From assembly GCA_963728205.1 (NCBI GenBank), contig CAVSIV010000006.1, forward strand, positions 448,001-512,000: a stretch of 64,000 bases of DNA, in the 5' to 3' direction. This document shows, in pieces, positions 20,674 through 31,331 of this stretch; position 1 is the stretch's first letter; the number at the start of each line of letters is the position of its first letter. The position numbers and the translations under genes were made by a program. Source of the DNA: an uncultured Chloroflexia bacterium. GTDB lineage: Bacteria; Chloroflexota; Dehalococcoidia; UBA2979. Below the pieces are notes generated by a model. That model was given only the letters and a program-made list of their open reading frames with translations, had not been told where the DNA came from and did not search any database.

Positions 20674-20854
20674 GCGACGCGGAGGCTCGTGGGCGGCGCC
20701 CCGCGTAAGGTGGCGCCATGTGGGAGCACCGCTGGCGCCTGCTCGCGATCGTCGCGCTGATCCTCGCGCCGTGGATCGCGGTCGGGATCGTCGTGCTCGT
20801 GCGGTAACGGCGCGTCGCCGGCGATCTGCGATCCGCGCGCCGCTGCGATCGTCG

Positions 20855-21414
20855 TCACGCGTCGCCCAGTCGCACCCCGATCGCATCCGCCGCCGCGCGC
20901 AGCAGCGGGTGGCGTACCGAGAGCACCTCGGGGGTGCCCCGCAGCGCCAACGCGTCCACGGCGCGCTCGGCGAACAGCGTGACGTTGCTCCACGCGGCGT
21001 CGAGCGTGGACCACCACGCGAACCCGGCACGGCCTTCGTCGAACACGCGCAGCGCGATCGCTCGCGTCGTCGCGCGATCCCGCGTCGCGACCTGAGACGG
21101 GCGCAGCCGGCGCGCCACGAGCGCGGCCGGAGCGTCGAGATCGACGAGGTCGGTGAGCCCCGCGTCGTCGAACGCCGCGAGCGCGAGACGCGCGCCGCCG
21201 GCGAGGCGAAGATCGCCGTCGCCGAGGGCCTGGCCGCGGAAGCCCTGGATGCGCTCGGCGACCGCGCTCACCTCCGAGCGCGAGGCATAGAGCGCCCCGT
21301 ACCGATCCGGGTGGTCGTGCCGGCGGCGCCCTGCCGGTCGCGCGGGACGTAGAGCGGGCCGCCGAGCGCGGACGGCGCGGCGCGGGGCGTGTGCGGGAAG
21401 ACGCGATACAGCAC
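20855..21414 (-). CDS. RES-domain toxin (frameshift ~21325)
   Basis: LYRVFP...GRHDHPDRYGALYAS...AVAE...GFAWWST (R, E, S residues). It lies directly downstream of the Xre antitoxin. Confidence 0.8.
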
Positions 21415-21417
21415 GGG

Positions 21418-21750
21418 TCAGGCGTAGGCGCCGGTCTCCTCGGCCTCGATCGCCTCGAGCACCTCAGCGACGCGCCCGTGCGCGAGGAGGTCGACCGGGC
21501 GCCGGTTGCCGAGGTGCGCGTTGGTGCCCTCGAGCCACTTGAGCGCGGTGTCGTGCTCCCAGACGTCGAGCAGCCGGCTGAGCACGAACTCGACGCCCTC
21601 GATCTTGCGGCGGTTGGTGGCGTCGGGTTCCTCGCTGGCGAGCCAGCGGCTCACGCGCGACGGGCTCACGCCGATCAGGCGCGCCAGCCGGGCCTGGCCG
21701 CCGACGTCGCGGCTGACCGCTCGAACGCGTTCGCGCGGTGCGACGGGCAT
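21418..21750 (-). CDS. Xre/MbcA/ParS antitoxin
   Basis: HTH QARLARLIGVSPSRVSRW and C-terminal WLEGTNAHLGNRRPVDLL. Confidence 0.85.
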   Translation of the reverse strand: MPVAPRERVRAVSRDVGGQARLARLIGVSPSRVSRWLASEEPDATNRRKIEGVEFVLSRLLDVWEHDTALKWLEGTNAHLGNRRPVDLLAHGRVAEVLEAIEAEETGAYA

Positions 21751-21775
21751 GCTGCACCTCCCGCCGCCATCATCG

Positions 21776-21794
21776 CGCAACGGAAATCGTTGCG
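21776..21794. promoter_or_regulatory. Candidate operator of the Xre-RES operon
   Basis: Perfect inverted repeat CGCAACG-GAAAT-CGTTGCG about 25 nt upstream of the start. Confidence 0.5.
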
Positions 21795-21921
21795 GCGCAA
21801 TGCGCAGCGGGACGACGGCGGCCTGTCCGTGCGGGCTGCGCGGTGCCGGCGCTGGTTCGCGGTGCGCGTCGCGCCGTGCCCGCGATGCAATCACTCGCGG
21901 CCGCGAGACGTTGCGGCCGAC

Positions 21922-23643
21922 CTACTGCGGCGAGTAGACCTCCGCCACCGTCGGATGCGCCGTGTTCGCTGCGTCGTCACCGATCACCAGCACGGAGCCG
22001 TCCTGCAGCGCCACCGCCTGCGGCTCGAGGTAGCCGTGCCGCAGTGGCGCGAGCGCGGTCAGCGCGCCCGTGCGCGTGTCGACGAACCACGCGCCGCTCG
22101 GCGCGCCGCCGGCGGCGGGCGTCGCGGTGATGCCCCCGGGCCAGTCCCCGCCGACGAGGAGCGCCCCGCCGCCCGGTAACGCCGTGAGCGCGACGTCGCC
22201 CGGCACCTGGCCGGCCCCGTCCGCGGGCAGCGGGCCGCCGAGCCGTCGCACGCTCCCGCTTGCGGGGTCGAGCACCAGCCACTGGTAGGCGAACCCGGCG
22301 ACGCCGTACGGGGGCAGCGCGGCCGGCGCGATTTGACGGACCCGGTCCTGCGTCAGCGGCTCCAACGCGCCGTTGGTTCCGCGCACCCCGCCACCGAGCA
22401 CGAGCACGCGCCCGTCGTCGAGCGTCGCCGCCGCTTCGGCCGCGAGCGGCAGCGTGGCCACCTGTACGAACGCACCCTCGTGGCTGTCGAGCGGCGACCA
22501 CGTCGGATACTGCGCAGGCGCGACGTACATCCCACGCCGGGGTGCCGTCGAGGCTGCCGTGGAAGAGCAGCGGCCCGCGCGGCGTAGCGACGAGCCCGCT
22601 GATCCCGAGCGGGTAACGCCCAGAAAGGCGGCACATGCGTCAAGCTGGCCCGCTCGGCGGGTCGAACTCGACGAGGCCGGGGATGCGAAGAGGACCCGGC
22701 CGTCGGGTAGCACCGCTCCGAAGTCGGCTCCACCGAGACTCCCGCGATGGAAGGTACGAACCCGCTGCCAACATGCGTCTGGGGCACGCCCGGTCCCGCA
22801 ATCGAGGTCTCGGTCCGCGGATGGTGAATCTCGAGCGGCGTGGCTGCGCCGGGCGTGGCGTTGAGCGGACGCGGCGTGGACGTCGGGCCGACGCGGTACG
22901 CGACCGGTCCCGTCCCGCCGCCCGCGATGAGCACGCGCCGTCGCCGAGCAGCACCGCCGACGCACCCGCCCGCGCGAACTGCAGGCGACCGGCGGAAACA
23001 AAGCCGGCAGCGCCCGGGTCGAAGCGGTAGACGCGGTCGGTCGGGCCGCAGGCGGTGACGCCGACGCGTCGCACACGATCCCGCCGGCGGCGATCACCGC
23101 GCCGTTCGGCAGCCGGGTGAGCGTGAAGCCGCCGACCGGGAACCCCGCCGGCAGCGTGAGCGCGGCCGAGTGGCCGGACCCCGCGGGCGGCGGCGGCAGC
23201 ACCGCGCCCGGCTCGACCGTCGCGGCCGGCGACGCCGTCGGCGGCGCGCCCGCCCCTCCGCCGCCGCGAGCCGAGCCGACCGCCGCGCGCGCGACGAGCC
23301 CGATCGCGACGACGAGGAGCACGCCCGCGACCCCCTTCGCGACCGCCCCCGCGCGCCCGTGCAGCAGGAACGCCGCCCACGCCGGACCGGGAGAGGACGC
23401 TCGCCCGGCGCCGGTCGCCGCCGGCTGCCCCTCCCACGTCGTGAGCTGGTCGCGGCCGGAGAAGTCGAGCTTCGCGAGGATGCTCGAGACGTGCGTCTTC
23501 ACGGTGTTCGCGCTCAGACCGAGCGCCTCGGCGATCTCGGGGTTCGTGCGGCCCTTGCGGACTTCATCGACGACCCGCCACTCGGCGGGGGTGAGGACGT
23601 CGGGGTGCGGCGGCCGCCCGCGGCGGCGGAAAAGCGAAGGCAT
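21922..23643 (-). CDS. N-terminal LuxR HTH, TM helix and Kelch-repeat domain (several frameshifts)
   Basis: LTPAEWRV...GRTNPEIAEALGLSANTVKTHVSSILAKL, TM VAGVLLVVAIGLVA, Kelch blades LPNGAVIAAGG, LDDGRVLVLGG, LQDGSVLVIG. Confidence 0.8.
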   Translation of the reverse strand: MPSLFRRRGRPPHPDVLTPAEWRVVDEVRKGRTNPEIAEALGLSANTVKTHVSSILAKLDFSGRDQLTTWEGQPAATGAGRASSPGPAWAAFLLHGRAGAVAKGVAGVLLVVAIGLVARAAVGSARGGGGAGAPPTASPAATVEPGAVLPPPPAGSGHSAALTLPAGFPVGGFTLTRLPNGAVIAAGGIVCDASASPPAARPTASTASTRALPALFPPVACSSRGRVRRRCCSATARAHRGRRDGTGRVPRRPDVHAASAQRHARRSHAARDSPSADRDLDCGTGRAPDACWQRVRTFHRGSLGGADFGAVLPDGRVLFASPASSSSTRRAGQLDACAAFLGVTRSGSAGSSLRRAGRCSSTAASTAPRRGMYVAPAQYPTWSPLDSHEGAFVQVATLPLAAEAAATLDDGRVLVLGGGVRGTNGALEPLTQDRVRQIAPAALPPYGVAGFAYQWLVLDPASGSVRRLGGPLPADGAGQVPGDVALTALPGGGALLVGGDWPGGITATPAAGGAPSGAWFVDTRTGALTALAPLRHGYLEPQAVALQDGSVLVIGDDAANTAHPTVAEVYSPQ

Positions 23644-23728
23644 GACCCGAGCCTAGGCGCGACCGCCGCGATTTACCTCACCCGGCGCGGAGAGGGAACG
23701 CAATCCGCCCGACCCGCGCAGAGCGCGA

Positions 23729-24337
23729 CTACTGCGCCGCGGCGAGCGCCTTCGACAGCAGCTGCTTCACCGTCTCGAACTGCGCGCTGTCCTGCGTGAT
23801 CGACAGCCCCGGCGTCGTGATCCCGACGACGCGGTCGCCCGCGCGCGCCTCGATCTCGGCCAGACCGGCCGTCAGCCCCTTGCTCGCGTCGGCCTGCTGG
23901 AACGCCGCCGCCGCCTCGTCGCCGATGCCGCTGAGGTCGACGACGTCGTAGCCGGAGGGCGCCAGGTTCGTCTTCAGGTCGTCCTTCAGCGAGCCGCTCG
24001 GCGGGATCACCACCTGCAGCTGCACCGCGGGGATGCCGTGCGCGTCCGGCCAGTCGCAGATCTTGTTCTTGCCCACGGTGGCGACCTTGCCGGCGCCGAG
24101 CGCCGGGTCGAGCTGCTGCACGTCGGCCGTGCTGAGCAGGCTGCACGGGTTCGTGTCGCCGACGCTCCCGGCGGCCGCGGCCTGCGTGGCGGAGGAGGAC
24201 GAGGATGGCGGCGGGGCGGTTGTCGGCGCCGACGCCGTGCCCGACGGGCTCGACCCGCCGCCGCACGCCGTCGCTGTGATCAGCGCCAGGGCCACCCCGA
24301 CTCCGATCGCGATCGTCACCGGTCCGCGGGTCCGCAT
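23729..24337 (-). CDS. DUF3558-like lipoprotein
   Basis: Lipobox ATAC, NPCSLLSTADV...CDW...SGIGDEA. Confidence 0.75.
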   Translation of the reverse strand: MRTRGPVTIAIGVGVALALITATACGGGSSPSGTASAPTTAPPPSSSSSATQAAAAGSVGDTNPCSLLSTADVQQLDPALGAGKVATVGKNKICDWPDAHGIPAVQLQVVIPPSGSLKDDLKTNLAPSGYDVVDLSGIGDEAAAAFQQADASKGLTAGLAEIEARAGDRVVGITTPGLSITQDSAQFETVKQLLSKALAAAQ

Positions 24338-24542
24338 CGTCACCACCTCCACATCGATGTCCACGTTCGATACGGTCCCGCCCGGGTCGCGTCAGGGTAC
24401 TCGCGCGGCGCGACCTCGTCCGCGAGGCGGAGCGAGCGCCGCGGCTGGTCGCGGACTACCTTTCGCCGCGCCCGGGCGCGTGGCATCAGCGGGGCCGCGC
24501 GGATGCGGAGGCGATCGGCGTGCGGCGGCCGCCGCATCGCCG

Positions 24543-25742
24543 TCAGCGGCGCATCTGCAGCGTCCCTCCCAGGTAGTACTGCCCCACCATCTCGAAGTTC
24601 CCGGGCGCCACGGCCATGTGGTGCGTGAGCATGTGCACGTCGCGGAAGCAGCGCTCGAGCGCGCTCGCCGCGTAGATCGCCGTCCCGCCGGCCGCCTCGA
24701 ACACCAGGTCCACGGCCTCGACCGCGCACGCCGTCGCGTGCGTCGCCGCGAGGCGGACCGCGGCGCGGTCGTCGTCGGTCACCGGGGCGCCCGCCGCGTG
24801 CGCCGCCGTGACGTCGCGCACCGTGTCGTAGAGGTAGGCGCGCGCGGAGCGCAGGAGCGCCTCGGCGCGCCCGACGCTGAGCTGCACCGTGTGCTGATCG
24901 ACGAGCCGCGTCGAGCCGCCGGCGGGCACCTTCTCGCGGGCGAGGGCGACGAACGCGTCGATGGCCTCGCGCGCGATGCCGAACCCGACGGCCGCGACCA
25001 TCGGCGAGACGAGGCTCATGAAGGGCGTCGCCCACACGGCGTCGGGCCGCGCGGCCGGTCCGGCGCTCAGTGCCGGCAGCGGGATGGTGCGCTCCTCGGG
25101 GACCACGACGCCGTCGACCGCGAAGTCGTGGCTGCCGGTCGCGCGCAGGCCGAGCGCGTCCCAGGTGTCGACGACGCGGCAGTCGGCCGCGGGCATCACC
25201 GCGAGCCGCACGTCCGGCGCGCCCTCGGCCGTCATGCGCGGCGCGTCACCGTCGAAGACGACGCAGCCGCCGATGAGCCACGTCGCGTACTGGCAGCCGC
25301 TGGCGAACGACCACCGTCCGCTCACCTGGTAGCCGCCGGGCACGGGCACGGCGCGACCGGTGGGAGCGACCGCGCCACACGTCACGTTGCCGGGCGCCAC
25401 CACCGCGCGGGCGACGTCCGCCGGCAGGTAGTCCGCGAACAGGCCCTGCGCGCCCCAGATGCAGAGCAGCCACCCTGCCGAGCCGTCCACCCGCGCGACC
25501 GCCTCGACAACGTCGAGGAAGGTGGTGAGGCCGACCTGCGCGCCGCCGAGCGACCGCGGCGTGAGCAGGTCGAGCAGACCGGCGTCGCGCATCGCCGCGA
25601 AGAGCGGCTCGGGCGGCCGGCGCTCGCGCGCGCCCTCGTCGCGGCAGCCCACGATCGTCGGCGCGAGCGCGCGCGCCGCGGCTACCCAGCGTGCTGCCTC
25701 GTCGTTCGCGCGCTCACGCGCAGCCACAGTCGTCGTCGTCAT
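24543..25742 (-). CDS. Acyl-CoA-dehydrogenase-fold flavin-dependent hydroxylase (HsaA/IacA-like)
   Basis: GRWSFASGC, DTWDALGLRATGSHDF, LERCFRDVH. Confidence 0.85.
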   Translation of the reverse strand: MTTTTVAARERANDEAARWVAAARALAPTIVGCRDEGARERRPPEPLFAAMRDAGLLDLLTPRSLGGAQVGLTTFLDVVEAVARVDGSAGWLLCIWGAQGLFADYLPADVARAVVAPGNVTCGAVAPTGRAVPVPGGYQVSGRWSFASGCQYATWLIGGCVVFDGDAPRMTAEGAPDVRLAVMPAADCRVVDTWDALGLRATGSHDFAVDGVVVPEERTIPLPALSAGPAARPDAVWATPFMSLVSPMVAAVGFGIAREAIDAFVALAREKVPAGGSTRLVDQHTVQLSVGRAEALLRSARAYLYDTVRDVTAAHAAGAPVTDDDRAAVRLAATHATACAVEAVDLVFEAAGGTAIYAASALERCFRDVHMLTHHMAVAPGNFEMVGQYYLGGTLQMRR

Positions 25743-25829
25743 CGGTCACTCCTCCGCTGCCGCCCGTCCTGCCGGCCCGGCGACCGGCGCCGGTGTCGCG
25801 CAGGCTCGCGCGCGGGAAGGCGCGCAGCA

Positions 25830-25845
25830 TGGGTGAAAACCCCCA
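25830..25845. promoter_or_regulatory. Candidate LuxR operator
   Basis: Imperfect palindrome TGGGTG-AAAA-CCCCCA between the LuxR stop and the hydroxylase start. Confidence 0.35.
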
Positions 25846-25868
25846 AAGCGGCGGCGCAAGCGGCGAAG

Positions 25869-27576
25869 TCAGTCCTGGTGACGCACGGCGTACGCGGCGG
25901 CCTCGGCGCGGTTGGCCAGGTCGAGCTTCGCGAGGATGCTCGCGACGTGGTGCTCGACCGTCTTGCGCGTGACCACGAGCCGCTCGGCGAGCTCGCGGTT
26001 CGACAGGCCCTCGGCGAGCAGGGCCAGCACCTCCTGCTCGCGCCGGGTGAGCACGGCGGCGCCACGCGCGCCGCGTGGACCGGAGCGTGCCGCCCGCACG
26101 CCGAGCGAGCGCAGGAGCGCGGCCGCCTGGTCCGCGAGCCGCTCCGCGCCGAGCGTCTCCGCTGCGCCCAGCGCCGCGCGCGCCTCGGCGACGGCGGCCT
26201 CGCCGTCCGCGCCGGCGAGCGCACGCGCGAGCAGCAGGCGCGTCCGCGCGGCCTCGAACGGCAGTTCGAGCCGCGTGAAGGCGGCCAGCGCGCGCTCGAG
26301 GCACGGCACCGCCGCAGCGGCGTCGCCGCCGGCGAGGAGCACCGCGCCGCGACCGCGCTCGCCGCGGGCCGCGATCGGCGCGCAGTCCGCCTCCGCGCCG
26401 AGCGTCGCGAGCGCCTCCGCGTGCGCGGCCGCGGCCGCGCGGTCGTCGCGCGCGAGCGCCGTCTCGATCAGCCGGTCGAGCAGCAGCGCGCGCTCGAGGC
26501 ACGCCGCCGCGCCGGCGCGGTACGGAGCGATGCGCGAGCGCCGCTGCTCCTCGATCTCGCGCAGCCGCCGGCCGAGCACGGTGCCGGCGGACGCCGAGGT
26601 CGCCGCGCAGCAGGTGCAGCAGCCCCAGCGCCGCGGCGACCGCCGCGTGCTCCTCGAAGCCCTCGAGCAGCCGCGCCGCTTCGCCGAGCCGCCCCTGCGC
26701 CAGCCGCAGCTCCGCGAGCTCGGCGAGCGCCTGCCCGTACAGCGCCCGCTCGGCGGCGCGGCCCGCGTGCAGCGCGACACGGAGCTCGCGGTCGGCGTCT
26801 TTCCACCGCCCGACCGCGACGAGCATGCCGCCGTAGTACGTGCGGCAGAGCGTGTGCAGGTGCATCGAGCCGTAGCGCTGCGCGAAGTCGTCGGCCGCCC
26901 GCACCCACTGCGCGGCGCGCTCCACCGCGGCGACCTGGCTGCACGCGCTGATCATGTTGCAGCTGGCGTGGATGACCGTTTCCGGGCGCCGGCCCTCGCC
27001 GGCGAGCGCGGCGGCCATCGCCTCGTCGAGCAGGGCGCTGCCCTCGTCCACCGCGCCGAGCTGGACGAGGGCGGCGCCGGCCTGGCTGAGCGCGCACAGC
27101 TCGAGATCCGGATCCTCGAACCGCCGCGCGAGCTCCCGTGCCTCGCGCGCCCATCGCTCGGCGCGCTCGGCGTCGTCGCTGTCGTGCGCGCGCAACAGCA
27201 GCACCCAGCCGGCGAGCGGCGCGAGGTCGTGCTCGTCGACGAGCCGCGCGAGCCGTCCGAGCCACCCGCGGGCGACGGTGGAGTTGCCCAGGCTCACGCG
27301 GTAGCCGAAGTAGAGCGCGATTGCGATGAGCGCGGCTTGCGCGGGGACGCCCCCGCGCAGGTACGCCGCGTAGGCCGCGCGCTGGCAGCGCAGCGACTCC
27401 TCGACATCGCCGAGCCAGTACAACGCCGTGCCCAGGCCCGCACGGGCCTCCGGCGACTCGGCGCCGTCCAGGATCTCGCGGTAGCCGTCGCGGGCCCCGG
27501 CCCAGTCCCCCCGGCGGAGGGCTTCGGCAGCGAGGTCGAACTGCGCGCGCTCGTGACCGGGCGTCGAAAGCGGCAT
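25869..27576 (-). CDS. TPR/MalT-like regulator with C-terminal LuxR HTH (frameshift ~26590)
   Basis: Helical repeats, then [43 protein letters not shown]. Confidence 0.85.
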
Positions 27577-27944
27577 GCGCCGACGCTAGCACGCGCGCAC
27601 GCGGCATCGCGCCCTCGCACAGGCGGCCGGGCCGCCGAACACAGCCGGGCCGCTCGGCGCGACGCGCGCGTTCACGCCCGGATGCTCGCGCATTCGCCCC
27701 GTGCGGCTCCGAAGCGTGCAAACCGATCGCGAGCCGCCTGCAACGCCGCCGGCGTGCAGCGTTATCGTGCGCGAACCCGCGCGGCGTAGCCTGGGGTGCG
27801 ACGGAACGTCGCCCGCCGCAGGGCGAGTCGCTCCGTCGGCCTGCCCCTCCGCGGCGCGCTCCGCCGCACACGTCTCGCGCGCCCGGGCGGGCGGGCCCCT
27901 CGGAGTAGACGGCGCCGCCGAACGTGGCGTTGCGGCGACTATCC

Positions 27945-27973
27945 CGGCGGACCGCCATCCGGGCGGTCCGCCG
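27945..27973. terminator. 12-bp stem hairpin downstream of the ZIP gene
   Basis: CGGCGGACCGCC-ATCCG-GGCGGTCCGCCG, with no U-tract. Confidence 0.35.
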
Positions 27974-28075
27974 TTCTGTCCGCCGCCGGGTTGCGCCTCA
28001 CCCGGCACCCGCGCCCGCTCGCCACCAGCGAGGGCACGCCAGTCGAGCACGTCGGTGCGCGGCGCCACCCGCGTC

Positions 28076-28960
28076 TCAGATCCACCCTCCGAGCGCGGCC
28101 ATCAGCGCGAAGCCCGCGGCGGCGAGCAGCCACTTCAGTCCGCGGTCCTTCGGCGAGTCGAACTCGGTGCTGAGGATGTCGAGGCTCGCGATGTACAGCA
28201 GCGTGCCGGCGGCAACCGAGTCGAAGACCGCCTCGACGACCTGCCCGTGGGTGCCGGTCACGAGGCTCGCCGCGACGGCGCCGAGCGCGATGCCGGTCGG
28301 CGTCATCACCGCGAAGCCGGCGAGCCCGGGCGCGGTCGGCCTCCACGCCGCGCCGGCGCGCAGGAAGCCGGTGCCGATGGCGAACCCGGCGAGCCCCTTG
28401 TGCGCGGCGACCGCCGCGAAGATCACGAGCGCGGTGCCCAGCGCGGCCTGCGACCCGACGGCGAGCCCGAGGATCACCGAGTGCAGCGAAAGCACGAGCA
28501 GCAGGACGAGCGCGCCCGCGCTGCGGTCGGCGGCGGCGGCGTCCGCGGGCGTGGGCGCGGCGTCGCGATCGCGCGCGACGTGGTGCCCGGCGCCGACCTC
28601 GTGGCGGCTGCCGGTCGGGCCAACCACCTCGGCGAGCTCGCCGATCACCGGCCGGTCCGCCACGATCACGTCCTCGACCAGCAGGATGAGAAAGAAGCCG
28701 CAGCCCGCGAGCGCGAGCGCGACCGGGTAGTCCAGCCCCGGCGCCACGCGCGCGAAGACGTCGACGCCGTGGCCCAGCAGGTGCACGAGCCCCGCGCCCG
28801 CGAGCACGCCGGCCGCGAAGGTGTCGCCGAGCGAGAGCGCGCGATCGCTCGACGGCCCGCGCGCGAGCAGCCACGGCAGCGAGGCCCCGGCGAACCCGAT
28901 CGCGAACGCGCCGGCCGCGAGGCCGAGCTTGAGCAGCAGCAGCGACACGCGCCCCTCCAC
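28076..28960 (-). CDS. ZIP-family metal transporter
   Basis: FAAGVLAGAGLVHLL, LSLHSVILGLAVG, AAHKGLAGF, multiple TM helices. Confidence 0.85.
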   Translation of the reverse strand: MEGRVSLLLLKLGLAAGAFAIGFAGASLPWLLARGPSSDRALSLGDTFAAGVLAGAGLVHLLGHGVDVFARVAPGLDYPVALALAGCGFFLILLVEDVIVADRPVIGELAEVVGPTGSRHEVGAGHHVARDRDAAPTPADAAAADRSAGALVLLLVLSLHSVILGLAVGSQAALGTALVIFAAVAAHKGLAGFAIGTGFLRAGAAWRPTAPGLAGFAVMTPTGIALGAVAASLVTGTHGQVVEAVFDSVAAGTLLYIASLDILSTEFDSPKDRGLKWLLAAAGFALMAALGGWI

Positions 28961-29068
28961 GATCCAGTATCCGGGCGGTGTCGCGTGCGCTTCGAACGGT
29001 GGGAGTCGCCCCCTGCTCGCCGCCGCGCGAGGACGGTTCGCTGCGGCCGTGGCGACGGCGAGGTGCTC

Positions 29069-30925
29069 CTAGTCGCCGCGGCCGTGGCCGCGGCGACGCT
29101 TGCTCCCGCGCCGCGCGTTCGGCGCGGCGGAGAGCGCCGGCGGCGGCGCGCTCGGCTGGTGCGGCTGCGTGCGCGAGCGCGCCGGCGCGGGCGCGCTCGC
29201 GGCGCGCGTCGGGCGCGGCGTCGCGGTCGCGCGCGGCGTCGGGGTCGGCGTGGGGGTGCGCGTCGACGGCGTGGTCGCGCGACGGCGCCCCGTCGTCTCC
29301 TCGTGACGCGGCGTCACCGTGGGCGCCGGGGCGGCGGCCGCGGGCGTGGCGCCGACGCTCGTCCACGTCGTCAGCCGCAGCGGCGCCACCGGCTCCGGCG
29401 TCGACTCGGGCGGCGGCGTCGCCGTTGCGGGCGCGGCCGTCGGCACCGGCGTCGCGGTGCTCGTGCCGTCGGCGTCGGGCGACCAGCGGTCGCGGTTCCA
29501 GGTGCGCGTGCGCCTCGAGGCGCGCGCGGGCTGCGGGGTGGCGCTCGGACGCGGCGTCGCCGTCGTCCACGGCGTCGCCGTCGCCCGCGGCGTGGCCATC
29601 GTGAGCGGACGCGGGGTCGCGGTCGCCGCCGGCGTCGCGCCGGCGCGCGGCGCGGGCCGGCTCCAGCCGGAGAGCCACGCACGCCTGCCGTTGCGGTCCG
29701 TGTCGTCGCGGTCGGATCCGCTCGACGGCGTCACCGCGCTCGCCTGCGGCGTCGCCCCGGCAGTGACCCCCGGCGCCGTCCACGCGAACAGCGGCGCCGG
29801 CGTCGCGGTGGCCGCGCCGCTCGTCGGTATCGCAGTCGTCTGCTTCGTCGCCACCGGCAGACGGCTCGCGGCGTTCCCCCCGTCGCTCGCACCCCCCGTG
29901 CCGCCGTCGTCATCGCCGTCGTGGCGCATCCAGCCGTGCGCGAAGAGCGAGGAGACGAACGCGTCGGACGGCGACGACCCGCCGGACGGCGCGGTCGCGC
30001 CCGCGGCCGGTGCCGCGAACACCCGCGGCCGCCCCGTCCACGCGCGTGTCCCGTGCTCGCCGCCCGATCCGCCGGACCCGCCCGCCGCGCCGCCGGTCGC
30101 CGACCGCGGCACCGCCACCGGCGCCTCGATCAGCGGCGCCACCGTGTCCTGCGCCTGCACGTTCGTCCGCCGCATCGGCGTGTAGCGCGGGTCGTACGCG
30201 ATCACGTGGTAGATCGACTGGCGCGGCGTCTCCTCGTAGACCCACGCGCGGTCGTGCCCGGCGCTCGCCCACGCGGCGAAGATGCGCACGTGGCCGTAGC
30301 CGCGCGGGTCCTGCCCCGTCGTCAGGTTCATGATGTCGCCCGGCAGCAGGTCGTCCTTCGCCACCGCCGTCGCGAACCCCGGGAGCGTGTCGGTGGTCTG
30401 GCGCGTGAGCCCCCACGCGCGGCTCACGTACGCCGAGCAGTCCATGCCGTCGGCGGAGTTGCCGCCCCACACGTACGGCACGCCGAGCAGCGACTTCGCC
30501 ATCTCGAGCACGTCGTTCGCGGCGAGCGTCGGCGGGCCGCCGGCTACCCAGCTCTCGGGCGTCGCGGCCGCGACCGGCGGCGACGGCAGCGGGGCGTTCG
30601 GGTCGGGCGCGCTCGGCCCGGCCGGCGTAGCGGACGCGCCCGGTCCCGGGTCGGTCGTGTCGTCGCCCGAGGTGGCGAAGGGGTCCGGCGCCGGCCAGAA
30701 CGGCAGGGCCGGCGTCGGCGCGGGCGTGGCGTCGGGCTGCGCGCCGCCGGCCTGGTTCACCACCAGCTGCGCGACGGCGCCGGCCGACACGGGGCCGGTC
30801 GCGGCGATGGTCGTCGCGCGGGCCGCCGCGGCGTCGAGCCGCATGCGATGCGGGACCGCGATGGATGCAAAGACGGCGACGCCGGCCGCAAGCAGCAGCG
30901 TCGCCCCCGTGAACGGGCGCTTCAT
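29069..30925 (-). CDS. NlpC/P60 cell-wall peptidase with long Pro/Thr-rich tail
   Basis: Signal/TM, LGVPYVWGG...GMDCSAYVS...LLPGD...GHVRIF. Confidence 0.85.
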   Translation of the reverse strand: MKRPFTGATLLLAAGVAVFASIAVPHRMRLDAAAARATTIAATGPVSAGAVAQLVVNQAGGAQPDATPAPTPALPFWPAPDPFATSGDDTTDPGPGASATPAGPSAPDPNAPLPSPPVAAATPESWVAGGPPTLAANDVLEMAKSLLGVPYVWGGNSADGMDCSAYVSRAWGLTRQTTDTLPGFATAVAKDDLLPGDIMNLTTGQDPRGYGHVRIFAAWASAGHDRAWVYEETPRQSIYHVIAYDPRYTPMRRTNVQAQDTVAPLIEAPVAVPRSATGGAAGGSGGSGGEHGTRAWTGRPRVFAAPAAGATAPSGGSSPSDAFVSSLFAHGWMRHDGDDDGGTGGASDGGNAASRLPVATKQTTAIPTSGAATATPAPLFAWTAPGVTAGATPQASAVTPSSGSDRDDTDRNGRRAWLSGWSRPAPRAGATPAATATPRPLTMATPRATATPWTTATPRPSATPQPARASRRTRTWNRDRWSPDADGTSTATPVPTAAPATATPPPESTPEPVAPLRLTTWTSVGATPAAAAPAPTVTPRHEETTGRRRATTPSTRTPTPTPTPRATATPRPTRAASAPAPARSRTQPHQPSAPPPALSAAPNARRGSKRRRGHGRGD

Positions 30926-31098
30926 TCCCCGACCCAACCCGACCCGCCCGCATGTGCACGTTTGTGTGATCGCCTGTCACTGTGCGGCTGAGACACTCTC
31001 ATATGGATTTGGGGAGTTCCCTGAGATCCGGATGGTTATGACGAAGTCGCAACGCACCCGCGCCCCCTGGCGAGCAGCAGTCGGGCAGTCCTCATCGG

Positions 31099-31201
31099 AA
31101 CGTCACAGCGGCGGCAGATATGCCGCCGACAGAAGCGCGGCGCCAGCCGCGGACTGGCGTCCGCGTCCTGTCGGCGGCATAGCTGCCGCCGCTGTGACGT
31201 T
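31099..31201. repeat. REPIN doublet (family A), inverted relative to the 6689 copy
   Basis: Same REP arms. The internal spacer is nearly the reverse complement of the 6719-6752 spacer. Confidence 0.9.
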
Positions 31202-31331
31202 CATGCCTCCACGGCGCTCCCGGGGCATGGTGACTGCCCTGTGCAGCGCGGTCGGTGTGAGTCGCCCACGGGGGCGATCGCCCCGCACGGCAGGACTGAC
31301 GCCTGCCGCTCGCCGGCGCTCAGCCAGCGGG

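Noticed and set aside
287-23643. Integron cassette array or prophage
   Set aside because: No integrase, recurring attC-like sites or phage structural genes were seen.
27580-28070. Gene or ncRNA in the ~490-bp gap
   Set aside because: The ORFs lack protein-like motifs, only one hairpin is present, and no RNA family is recognisable.
30926-31098. c-di-AMP (ydaO) riboswitch upstream of NlpC/P60
   Set aside because: The conserved ydaO sequence blocks were not found.
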